The position numbers were made by a program, and so were the translations under genes. A DNA stretch of 64,000 nucleotides from a virus, in IMG/VR virus record IMGVR_UViG_3300045988_132849, positions 76,252 through 140,251 of that record. One strand, written 5' to 3'. This document shows, piece by piece, positions 28,137-36,341 of this stretch. Below the pieces are notes generated by a model. It had not been told where the DNA came from. It saw only the letters and a list, made by a program, of their open reading frames with translations, and did not search any database. Numbering within the stretch: the stretch's first letter is position 1; every line of letters begins with the position of its first letter.

Positions 28137-29599
28137 AACAGACAAATCCAATGTTATTAATTGATTTTTATAAAGCAGTTCATGCTGAAATGTTACCAAA
28201 AGGTATTACAAAATCTGTTTCTTATTTTACTCCACGTATGAGCAGGGTAAAACAATGGAACGAAGTCGTGATGTTTGGGTTACAGGGATTCATTAAAGAA
28301 TATCTGATTGATTATTTTAATAAGAATTTCTTTGATCTTAAAGGTGGAGCAGTTACTTCTTACAAGAGAATTATGGACGCAGCTCTTGGAGAAAATGCTT
28401 ATGGATTACAGAAAATCGCAGATCTTTATGAGCTTGGTTATCTTCCGATTGAGATTAAAGCACTTCCCGAAGGAACTTTAGTACCAATGCATGTACCGAT
28501 GTTTAGTATTGAGAATACTCACAAAGATTTTGCATGGTTACCACAGGCATTAGAAAGTTTAATTTCCGCAGAAATGTGGCATCCGATGATTGCTGCGACT
28601 GTCGGGCATACATATAGACAGATCGTTAATAAGTTTTATGAAATGACTTGTGATGATGATATTGTAAAAGCTAAAGCATTAGGGGCTTTCGATTTTCGTG
28701 GCGAAGAATGCTTACAGTCTGCGGTTAAAGCAGGAGCAGGATGGTGTTTATCATTCTTAAATACAGCTACGGTTCCAACAATTCCATATTTAGAGAGAAA
28801 TTATAATTGTGATTGTACGAAAGAACCAGTTGCTTTTGGTAGCCCGTCTACTGAGCATTCGGTTGCGTGTAGTAATTATGCGATTGACGGAGATGAAGAG
28901 ACTCTGATTAAAAGATTACTTACAGAGATTTATCCAAACACAAGCTTCTCCGCAGTATTGGATTCATATGATTATTGGAACGTTGTAGAGAATATTCTTC
29001 CAAAACTCAAGAATGAGATCATGAATCACAATGGATGTTTTCTTGTAAGAGGAGATTCAGGAGATTGTGTAGATGTAGTAACCAGAACGGTATTCAAGTT
29101 ATGGGAAGAATTTGGCGGAACTACGAATAGTAAAGGATACAAAGTATTAGATCCTCATATAAAAGCAATTTACGGAGATTCAATTACAGTGCAGAGATGT
29201 GAGCAGATTTATGACATCTTAGAGAAAAATGGATTCGCAGCAAGCAATGTTGCACTTGGCGTTGGATCATTCTCATTCCAGTGTATTGAAGAAGATAGAG
29301 TTTTGAAACCATTTACAAGAGATACATTTAGTAGCTGTATCAAAGCAACGTATTGCGAGATTGATGGCAAACCATATCCAATTTTCAAGAATCCAAAAGA
29401 TGGCGGATTTAAGAAATCTCAGAGAGGTTTATGTCATGTCTATAAAGAATCAGACGGTAAATTGACATTTAAAGATGGATATACTTCAGAAAATCTTCCA
29501 ATGAATAATCTGCTTGAGACAGTATTTAGAGATGGCAAATTGGTAAAAGAACAGTCATTACAGGAAATTAGAAGAGTTTTAAACGAAGGAGAATTTTAA
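28133..29599 (+). CDS. nicotinamide phosphoribosyltransferase (NAMPT/NadV)-family enzyme; candidate nicotinamide ADP-ribose transferase (Namat-like)
   Basis: 488 aa; N-terminus LLIDFYKAVHAEMLPKGITKSVSYFTPR matches the NAMPT DSYKvtH...ySYfe.R motif; start overlaps the PRPS-like gene. Confidence 0.75.
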   Translation: MKQTNPMLLIDFYKAVHAEMLPKGITKSVSYFTPRMSRVKQWNEVVMFGLQGFIKEYLIDYFNKNFFDLKGGAVTSYKRIMDAALGENAYGLQKIADLYELGYLPIEIKALPEGTLVPMHVPMFSIENTHKDFAWLPQALESLISAEMWHPMIAATVGHTYRQIVNKFYEMTCDDDIVKAKALGAFDFRGEECLQSAVKAGAGWCLSFLNTATVPTIPYLERNYNCDCTKEPVAFGSPSTEHSVACSNYAIDGDEETLIKRLLTEIYPNTSFSAVLDSYDYWNVVENILPKLKNEIMNHNGCFLVRGDSGDCVDVVTRTVFKLWEEFGGTTNSKGYKVLDPHIKAIYGDSITVQRCEQIYDILEKNGFAASNVALGVGSFSFQCIEEDRVLKPFTRDTFSSCIKATYCEIDGKPYPIFKNPKDGGFKKSQRGLCHVYKESDGKLTFKDGYTSENLPMNNLLETVFRDGKLVKEQSLQEIRRVLNEGEF

Positions 29600-30111
29600 T
29601 GATTAAAATTATTGAAGGCGATTTGTTTGATACAAATGCGAAATTTATTTGTCATCAAGTAAATTGTGCAGGGAAAATGGGATCTGGGGTAGCGTTACAG
29701 GTACGACAAAAATATCCGCATGTATATAAAGAATATGAAAAAGTTGCTTCGGAAGATATGTTAGGGGAAGTACAGATCATACCAGTGAATTCAAAATTTA
29801 TTGGACATGAACCAGGAGATATTTGGTGTGGTATGAAAGTAAAAGGGTTCAGGGAAACACAATGGATTTGTAATTTATTTGCTCAAAAGAGTTATGGATA
29901 TGACGGCAAGCAGTATACTTCAAATGAAGCTTTGAGACAGTGCTTTAAAAAACTTGCAGGAATGGTGCATGAGAAAAACAATAACTTTGGACAAACAATC
30001 GCTATGCCATATAAAATTGGATGTTGTCGTGGAGGATCTGATTGGAGTGATGTTGCCAATATTATCGAAGAAGAATTTAAAGATTGTAATGTAGAATTAT
30101 GGAGGTTATAA
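29599..30111 (+). CDS. macrodomain protein of the TARG1/OARD1/DarG type (ADP-ribosyl hydrolase), 170 aa
   Basis: IIEGDLFDTNAKFICHQVNCAGKMGSGVALQVRQKY and IAMPYKIGCCRGGSDWSDVANIIEEEF align with human TARG1 [37 protein letters not shown] / [26 protein letters not shown] (from memory). Confidence 0.7.
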   Translation: MIKIIEGDLFDTNAKFICHQVNCAGKMGSGVALQVRQKYPHVYKEYEKVASEDMLGEVQIIPVNSKFIGHEPGDIWCGMKVKGFRETQWICNLFAQKSYGYDGKQYTSNEALRQCFKKLAGMVHEKNNNFGQTIAMPYKIGCCRGGSDWSDVANIIEEEFKDCNVELWRL

Positions 30112-30114
30112 AAC

Positions 30115-30885
30115 ATGAGTTTTAATGCAGCAGAAACCAAAGACAGATTAGTACAGTGGATCAGAGATTGGTTTGAAATTAATGGCAAAGGATGTAATGC
30201 CATTGTAGGAATTTCAGGAGGCAAGGATTCATCAGTGGTTGCAGCCTTATGTGTAGAAGCACTTGGTAAGGATCGAGTAATTGGAATTATGATGCCACAG
30301 GGTGTGCAGTCGGACATTGAGTATTCTCAAATGCTATGTGATCATCTAGGAATTGAACATTACACAGTTAATATTTTTAATGCTTGCAGAGATATTAAAC
30401 ATGAAATCAGAGATGAATTAGGTGGTAAATGGAGTAAACAGAGTGCTACAAATTTACCTGCTCGTATCCGTATGGCTACATTATATGCTTTTGCACAGAG
30501 TATGAATGGAAGAGTAGCAAATACATGTAATTTATCTGAAGATTGGGTCGGATATGCAACAAGATATGGAGATTCGGCTGGAGATTTTAGTCCATTAAGT
30601 GATCTGACTGTGACAGAAGTTAAAGCAATTGGTAAAGTTCTGGGACTTCCAACAGAGTTAATCGAAAAAACTCCTACTGATGGGTTATGTGGCAAGACAG
30701 ATGAAGATAATCTTGGATTTACATACGAAGTGTTGGATGAATATATCAGAACAGGTGAATGCAAGGATAAAGTAGTGAGACAGATCATTGATGAAATGCA
30801 TGAGAAGAATGTATTTAAACTTGCTCCAATGCCTAAATTTATATCTGGCATGTGGATCGAGGCAGGAATGGAGTTGGATGATTAA
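30115..30885 (+). CDS. nadE: NH3-dependent NAD+ synthetase
   Basis: PP-loop IVGISGGKDSSVVAAL; ~256 aa, typical size. Confidence 0.85.
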   Translation: MSFNAAETKDRLVQWIRDWFEINGKGCNAIVGISGGKDSSVVAALCVEALGKDRVIGIMMPQGVQSDIEYSQMLCDHLGIEHYTVNIFNACRDIKHEIRDELGGKWSKQSATNLPARIRMATLYAFAQSMNGRVANTCNLSEDWVGYATRYGDSAGDFSPLSDLTVTEVKAIGKVLGLPTELIEKTPTDGLCGKTDEDNLGFTYEVLDEYIRTGECKDKVVRQIIDEMHEKNVFKLAPMPKFISGMWIEAGMELDD

Positions 30886-30887
30886 AT

Positions 30888-31220
30888 ATGGAAGTTAAAG
30901 CAAAATGGACAGGTCGTGGTTTTGCACTCTGTATTGGAGAATGGAAGCTTTATGTTGATGGCAAAGATGTTACCGATAAGATTCCAGAAGACTTACGCAC
31001 AGAACCTATGAATACATATAAGAAATATGAGAGATGGTATTTCAAAGGTTGGGTTGAAGAATGGGAGTCATATTATGACGGACTGAAACAAGATGAATGG
31101 ATTGAGTCTAATAAGTATTGGTTAGATGAAATTACAACAGATATTGATGTTCAGCGTCAGATCTTCAAAGCAATCAATGAAGAGGATTTTCGCCCTAACT
31201 CATGTGGTGGGTGTATTTAA
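30888..31220 (+). CDS. hypothetical protein (110 aa), translationally coupled to nadE
   Basis: ATG overlaps the nadE stop (TAAATATGG). Confidence 0.5.
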   Translation: MEVKAKWTGRGFALCIGEWKLYVDGKDVTDKIPEDLRTEPMNTYKKYERWYFKGWVEEWESYYDGLKQDEWIESNKYWLDEITTDIDVQRQIFKAINEEDFRPNSCGGCI

Positions 31221-31285
31221 TAACAAGATTATAACATCTATATATGGTGTTATGATAAATAAATTTTATAACAAAGGAGATATTT

Positions 31286-32746
31286 ATGATTGAAGTAATT
31301 GGAACAGTGGTACCAGTGGTTATTGCGGTAGGTGGCGTAGGAGCTATTATCGGTAGCGGTTATGTCAAAGCAAGTCCAGATAAAGCTTATATTATTTCTG
31401 GACTTAGAAAGACACCTAAGACATTAATTGGTAAGGCAGGGTTAAAAATCCCATTCTTTGAAAAAGCAGATCATCTTAATCTTGAGTTAATTCCAATTGA
31501 TGTTAAGACATCAAGCTCTGTGCCTACAGCAGATTATATCAATATCAATGTAGATGCAGCGGTCAATGTAAAGGTTAGCAGTAATCCAGAAAGATTAAAA
31601 CTTGCAGCAGAAAACTTCTTAAATAAGCCAGTAGGCGATATTGGACAGGTCGCAAGAGAAGTCCTTGAAGGTAATATGCGAGAGATCGTTGGAAAGATGA
31701 GCCTCGAAGAAATGGTTTTTGATCGTCAGAAATTTGCACAGCTTGTTACAGAAAATGCGAAGCCAGATCTTGCTGCAATGGGATTAGATATTATCAGTTT
31801 TAATGTTCAGAATTTTATGGATGATAATGATGTTATTGAAAATCTTGGTGTAGATAATGTTGTTAAAATCAAGAAGAAGGCTGCGATTTCCAGAGCTGAA
31901 AGCGAAAGAGATATTGAAAAAGCAAAAGCAATGGCTGAAAAAGAAGCAAATGATGCAAAGGTAGAGTCAGCAACAGCGATTGCAGAAAAGAATAACAATT
32001 TGGAGATTAAAAAATCTGAACTTGAAAAGATTTCAAAAGCAAAGAAAGCTGAGGCAGATGCAGCATACAAGATCCAGGAAGAAAAATCACGTAAAGAAAT
32101 TGAAGTTGTAACTGCGGATGCTAATATTATGCGTCAGGAAAAGGAAATTGAACTGAAACGCAAAGACGTTGAGGTAACAGAGCAGACATTAGATGCACAG
32201 ATCAAGAAGCAGGCAGAGGCTGAAAGATATGCTTCACAGCAGAAAGCAGATGCAGACTTATACAAGAAACAGAAAGAATCTGAAGCTAACAAATATGCCA
32301 AAGAAAAAGAAGCCGAATCTACAAAATATGCTATGGAGCAGGAAGCTGAAGGTATTCGTGCAAAGGGTGTAGCAGAAGCCGAAGCAATCAAAGCTAAAGG
32401 TATTGCTGAAGCAGAAGCAATCGAAAAGAAAGCAGAAGCTATGAAACAGATGGGTAAAGCATCTATTGTAGAAATGATGTGTCAGATGTTCCCAGAAGCA
32501 GTTAAAAATGCAGCCGCACCATTAGGAAATGTAGGAAGTATCACTATGTATGGAGAAGGAAACACAACAAAATTAACAAAAGATATTATGAATGTTGTGA
32601 ATCAGGTATCAGATGGTGTTAAAGGATCTACAGGTGTTGATCTTGCAAAGATGTTAAAAGATTTTGTTTCTGAAGACAACGAAGTAGAATCTACAGATAA
32701 TGAAAATCTTGGAACACCAGAGCCAGCAGATTACCGTGAGTTCTAA
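31286..32746 (+). CDS. flotillin / SPFH (band-7) domain membrane protein (486 aa)
   Basis: N-terminal TM, SPFH domain, then long EA-rich coiled coil (AEAEAIKAKGIAEAEAIEKKAEA), typical of FloT/YqiK/YdjI-type flotillins. Confidence 0.8.
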   Translation: MIEVIGTVVPVVIAVGGVGAIIGSGYVKASPDKAYIISGLRKTPKTLIGKAGLKIPFFEKADHLNLELIPIDVKTSSSVPTADYININVDAAVNVKVSSNPERLKLAAENFLNKPVGDIGQVAREVLEGNMREIVGKMSLEEMVFDRQKFAQLVTENAKPDLAAMGLDIISFNVQNFMDDNDVIENLGVDNVVKIKKKAAISRAESERDIEKAKAMAEKEANDAKVESATAIAEKNNNLEIKKSELEKISKAKKAEADAAYKIQEEKSRKEIEVVTADANIMRQEKEIELKRKDVEVTEQTLDAQIKKQAEAERYASQQKADADLYKKQKESEANKYAKEKEAESTKYAMEQEAEGIRAKGVAEAEAIKAKGIAEAEAIEKKAEAMKQMGKASIVEMMCQMFPEAVKNAAAPLGNVGSITMYGEGNTTKLTKDIMNVVNQVSDGVKGSTGVDLAKMLKDFVSEDNEVESTDNENLGTPEPADYREF

Positions 32747-32760
32747 TAGGAGAAATTATT

Positions 32761-33495
32761 ATGACAATTATTATTATTTGTGTAATTGTAGCGATTATCG
32801 TATATTTACAATTTACTAAAAATGGAAAGCAGATTAAAAATGTAGCATCTGGAACAGTTACAGAGAAAATCAAAGAAAATGCAATGACCCCAGAGGGAGC
32901 AAGAGCCAGATATAATACTGCAATTAAAGAGAAACAGGACTTTTACAAGAAAACAATGGGTACATACACAACGGTGGCTGGTAGATTAGCAACAATGGAA
33001 GATGATCTCAAAGAAACTAAAGAAGAAATTTCTAAAACCGAGGTAATGATCAACCAGTACATTGATAACAACGATGACAAAAAAGCAATGTATTATGCTC
33101 AAAAATTAGCCACGCTAAAGGCACAGAAATCAGTGTACGAAAAGAAAATCCCAGAGTTGCAATCCACAAAAGATAAACAAGAAGAAATTAAAAACCAAGC
33201 ATATGATCAGCTCATTAAGTTAAAAGGCGAAAAAGATACTGTGGTTCTCCAGATGGAAGCGGATCAGCAGATTGCAGAATTGCAGAAAAATTTAGATCAA
33301 TACAATAGTTCTAATGCTGCTCAGGAAGGATTGGAAGAGGTTCGAGAAGGAGCAAAGAAGCTTAGCGAACAAGCCAAAGGCGTTACCATTGCGTATGAAT
33401 CTAGTGCAGAAACATTGGATTATCATATGGAACAAGAAGAGCGACAGCAGGAAGCTAAATCTATATTAGATCAGATGAAAAACGCTCGCAAATAG
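32761..33495 (+). CDS. membrane-anchored coiled-coil protein, weakly PspA/IM30-like (244 aa)
   Basis: N-terminal TM helix then ~220-aa amphipathic coiled coil; the PspA resemblance is loose. Confidence 0.35.
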   Translation: MTIIIICVIVAIIVYLQFTKNGKQIKNVASGTVTEKIKENAMTPEGARARYNTAIKEKQDFYKKTMGTYTTVAGRLATMEDDLKETKEEISKTEVMINQYIDNNDDKKAMYYAQKLATLKAQKSVYEKKIPELQSTKDKQEEIKNQAYDQLIKLKGEKDTVVLQMEADQQIAELQKNLDQYNSSNAAQEGLEEVREGAKKLSEQAKGVTIAYESSAETLDYHMEQEERQQEAKSILDQMKNARK

Positions 33496-33625
33496 CAAAT
33501 AAATTTATCTATAAAAATTAATTTCACAAACATAAAACTGGCATTTTATGACTCTATAAAACACAATATATAGTGATTATCCAATTATTGAACCACTATA
33601 TATAGTTGTATAAAGTGCCAGTCAT

Positions 33626-33763
33626 GGAAACATAGCTCAGTTGGTAGAGCAGGCAATACATAAACATTCATTTTTCTACCTCCATATAAGTATTTTTATT
33701 TATTTACATTTAATTTTCATCACATATAAATTGCCGACACAGGTTCGATTCCTGTTGTTTCCA
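33626..33763 (+). tRNA. tRNA-like gene (anticodon probably CAU: Met or Ile2-type) interrupted by a ~67-70-nt AT-rich insertion in the anticodon loop
   Basis: Acceptor GGAAACA/TGTTTCC, D-arm GCTC-AGTTGGTA-GAGC, anticodon stem GGCAA/TTGCC, T-arm ACAGG-TTCGATT-CCTGT, discriminator A. Loop begins TA-CAT-AA. The insert is flanked by ACATAAA / ACATATAAA direct repeats. Confidence 0.5.
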
Positions 33764-33767
33764 CTAA

Positions 33768-33801
33768 AAAAGACCTCAACCTAAATGGTTAAAGTCTTTT
33801 T
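33768..33801. terminator. Bidirectional terminator hairpin between the tRNA and the convergent repressor gene (AAAAGAC...GTCTTTT flanked by A-run and T-run)
   Basis: Stem with A6 upstream and T5 downstream. Confidence 0.5.
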
Positions 33802-33803
33802 GG

Positions 33804-34007
33804 TTAATCGTTTGGTATGACCTCGATAACATCTTCAACTTTGCAATCAAGATATAAGCAAATTTTGTCAATGTTTTCGAGACTGATATACTGATTCTTT
33901 GCCATCTTGGCAATTGTACCAGACCCCATATTTAAAGCGGTTCGTAAATCAGATTTTGTCATACCCTTTTTCGCTAAAGTTACGAAAAGCGGTTTATAAC
34001 TTATCAT
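33804..34007 (-). CDS. XRE-family (Cro/CI-type) HTH transcriptional repressor, 67 aa
   Basis: MISYKPLFVTLAKKGMTKSDLRTALNMGSGTIAKMAKNQYISLENIDKICLYLDCKVEDVIEV; GGAGG RBS on the minus strand; the only clearly minus-strand gene in the window. Confidence 0.75.
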   Translation of the reverse strand: MISYKPLFVTLAKKGMTKSDLRTALNMGSGTIAKMAKNQYISLENIDKICLYLDCKVEDVIEVIPND

Positions 34008-34088
34008 ATGATATACCTCCACATCTATATTGTAACATATTATATACAGGATGTAAAATAAAATATTCAAGAAGTTGAAGATTTTGTA

Positions 34089-34118
34089 TTGACACTATGT
34101 GCAAGAAGTGGTATATTA
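34089..34118 (+). promoter_or_regulatory. sigma-A-type promoter TTGACA-N18-TATATT driving the + strand genes divergent from the repressor
   Basis: Hexamers at 34089-34094 and 34113-34118. Confidence 0.5.
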
Positions 34119-34173
34119 TATTCAACAAATGAAAGATAAACTTCAAGAAAATGAAATATGAAGGAGTGAGAAA

Positions 34174-34581
34174 ATGTCAAATAAAATTTACAGATATTAT
34201 CAACCAAACGATAAAGATACAAAAGACAATCATTCAGATTGCGTGATCAGAGCATTAACAAAAGTGCTTGATAAAGAATGGTTAACAACATTTGATGATT
34301 TGTTACCATACGCAAGGGATATGCAGTGTATGCCATCAGAGCGAAAATGTTACGAAGAATATTTATTCGATAATGGGTTTGCTTATCAAGGTATTAGCAA
34401 CCGAAAAGGATCTAAACGACCAACAGTTGAAAGTTTTGCAAAAGATCATAAACAAGGCAATTACTTGGTAAATGTTGCGAATCATGTAGTTGCAATTTCA
34501 GACGGTTGTTATTACGACACATGGGATTCTGGAGATTGTTGCTTGTATGGATATTACTATAAGGAAGAAGGAGAGAAATAA
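34174..34581 (+). CDS. hypothetical Cys/His-containing protein (135 aa)
   Basis: AAGGAGTGAG RBS. Confidence 0.5.
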   Translation: MSNKIYRYYQPNDKDTKDNHSDCVIRALTKVLDKEWLTTFDDLLPYARDMQCMPSERKCYEEYLFDNGFAYQGISNRKGSKRPTVESFAKDHKQGNYLVNVANHVVAISDGCYYDTWDSGDCCLYGYYYKEEGEK

Positions 34582-34869
34582 ATGAGAAAGAAAATTTTGG
34601 CAACGGTTCTAGGAACAACGATTTGCTTAGGATCAATGACAGGATGTACCGCAGGATTCAAAAGAGGAGTTGTTGATATGAAAAGCAATTGGAATGGTGG
34701 TATGAATAGAGTCATTACAGTATACACGGCAGACGGTAAGAAGATTGCTGAATATAAAGGAAAAATTGATATTGATACAAATGATGGTGGATATGTCAAG
34801 TTTGACTACAAAGGTAAGAGATATATTTATTATAACTGTTTTGTAGAGAGTATCGCAGATATTGATTAG
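34582..34869 (+). CDS. lipoprotein (95 aa), candidate superinfection-exclusion-type lipoprotein
   Basis: Signal peptide with lipobox ...CLGSMTGC; sits beside the repressor, where Ltp-like sie lipoproteins are often found. Confidence 0.55.
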   Translation: MRKKILATVLGTTICLGSMTGCTAGFKRGVVDMKSNWNGGMNRVITVYTADGKKIAEYKGKIDIDTNDGGYVKFDYKGKRYIYYNCFVESIADID

Positions 34870-34884
34870 AGAGGAGAGAAACAA

Positions 34885-35277
34885 ATGAATTTAGAAGAAA
34901 CTATCAAATGCGCAAATGATATGACAACAAAGAAATACACAGAAGCCATGTTGTGTCATGCGAATCCAGACGATGAAGAACTTGATGGATTGATTGACTG
35001 TGCCTTAAATCATGAGCAACTTGCGAAGTGGCTGGGAGAATTGAAAGAGTTAAAAGAATATAAAGAAAAGTATAGATGGCATGACTTAAGAAAGAATCCT
35101 GATGATCTGCCAGAAGATATTAAGTACGTTTGGGTTTTTATAAAAGGTGAATGCACTCATAGGCCATGGCACGATTCTCATGGATGGAGAAGGCGTAACA
35201 GTAACATTTTATACTATAACGACGAAAGTGTTTTGGCGTGGAGAGAGATTGAAGAGTTTAAAAGTGAGGGGAAATAA
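34885..35277 (+). CDS. hypothetical protein (130 aa)
   Basis: GAGGAGAGAAA RBS. Confidence 0.5.
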   Translation: MNLEETIKCANDMTTKKYTEAMLCHANPDDEELDGLIDCALNHEQLAKWLGELKELKEYKEKYRWHDLRKNPDDLPEDIKYVWVFIKGECTHRPWHDSHGWRRRNSNILYYNDESVLAWREIEEFKSEGK

Positions 35278-35790
35278 ATGAGTACAACAAAAACAATTGA
35301 TATTTCAGTGCTGCCAGAGGCAGAACAGGATCTAATAAAAGCATTATTTGATAAATGTTGTGAAAGAGCGAAACCAAAAGAAAAAACTAATTCAGGGTCT
35401 AAAGTTTGGAAACCAAAATACGGTGAAAGATATCATTACATTGATGGTAGCGGATCTATTTATAGTGCAATATGGTTTAATAGCATTGTCGATAACGGTA
35501 GATGGGTATTAGGCAACGTATTTAAAACACAAGAAGAAGCAGTATTTGCAAGAAAGAAAAGAAAAGTAGAAGTTGAACTTGAGCGGTATGCAAAGGAACA
35601 CAATGGCACAGAATTTGCCAATCGTTGTTATTGTATTCGATGTGAAGAAGACGGAAAAAGACTTCTTTGCGATACATGGGCTACAACAAAAATACAGGGT
35701 ACAGTTATGTTTACATCAAAAGATGTTTTAGTTGATGCAATTGAAGCAATCGGAAGAGACAGAATCATTAAATACATCTTTGGAGCATAA
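35278..35790 (+). CDS. hypothetical protein, paralog A of a tandem pair (170 aa)
   Basis: M.T.KTIDIS.L.EA.Q.L.K.LF...CER and LGNVFKT.E conserved with the next gene. Confidence 0.5.
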   Translation: MSTTKTIDISVLPEAEQDLIKALFDKCCERAKPKEKTNSGSKVWKPKYGERYHYIDGSGSIYSAIWFNSIVDNGRWVLGNVFKTQEEAVFARKKRKVEVELERYAKEHNGTEFANRCYCIRCEEDGKRLLCDTWATTKIQGTVMFTSKDVLVDAIEAIGRDRIIKYIFGA

Positions 35791-35806
35791 AGTGAGGTGA
35801 AAGAAA

Positions 35807-36340
35807 ATGGGTACAGAAAAGACAATTGATATTTCAAAATTATCTGAAGCACAACAGAATTTATTCAAATCATTATTTGAGCAATTTTGTGAAAGATCAG
35901 AAAAAGAAGAAAAAGCTAATTCATGTGGTTTAAAGAATGGGGATACGTATTATTTCATCACTGATGATGGGCATATCTGTATGGCAAAATGGCAAGGTAG
36001 AGCATCAGATTTTAGAAGATTAGCTTTAGGTAATGTATTTAAGACTGAAAAGGATACAGAGTTTGCTATTGAAAAGCAGAAGGTTAGGGTTGAATTGCAA
36101 ATATATGCTGATGAACATAATGATCCTGATCAAGAAGAATGGGATGGAGCGAATTTTCATTATTATATTGGATATGATGTGACTGAGGATGATTTGGCAA
36201 AAATCCCTGCCGTACAACTTAGACGCCTAAATGAGGTATATTTTTCTTCTAAAGAAATCGCTGAGGATGCCGCCAACAAGGTTGGAGCAAAACGCATCAT
36301 AAAATATCTATTTGATGTTGATTGTGAGGTGGATGAATAG
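35807..36340 (+). CDS. hypothetical protein, paralog B of the tandem pair (177 aa)
   Basis: See paralog A. Confidence 0.5.
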   Translation: MGTEKTIDISKLSEAQQNLFKSLFEQFCERSEKEEKANSCGLKNGDTYYFITDDGHICMAKWQGRASDFRRLALGNVFKTEKDTEFAIEKQKVRVELQIYADEHNDPDQEEWDGANFHYYIGYDVTEDDLAKIPAVQLRRLNEVYFSSKEIAEDAANKVGAKRIIKYLFDVDCEVDE

Positions 36341-36341
36341 T

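Noticed and set aside
30360-30851. 163-aa minus-strand ORF
   Set aside because: Antisense to nadE, which has an unambiguous PP-loop. No RBS.
32761-33495. Confident PspA assignment
   Set aside because: The similarity is limited to the coiled-coil character and loose pattern matches. The N-terminal TM helix is atypical for PspA, so it is kept as PspA-like at low confidence.
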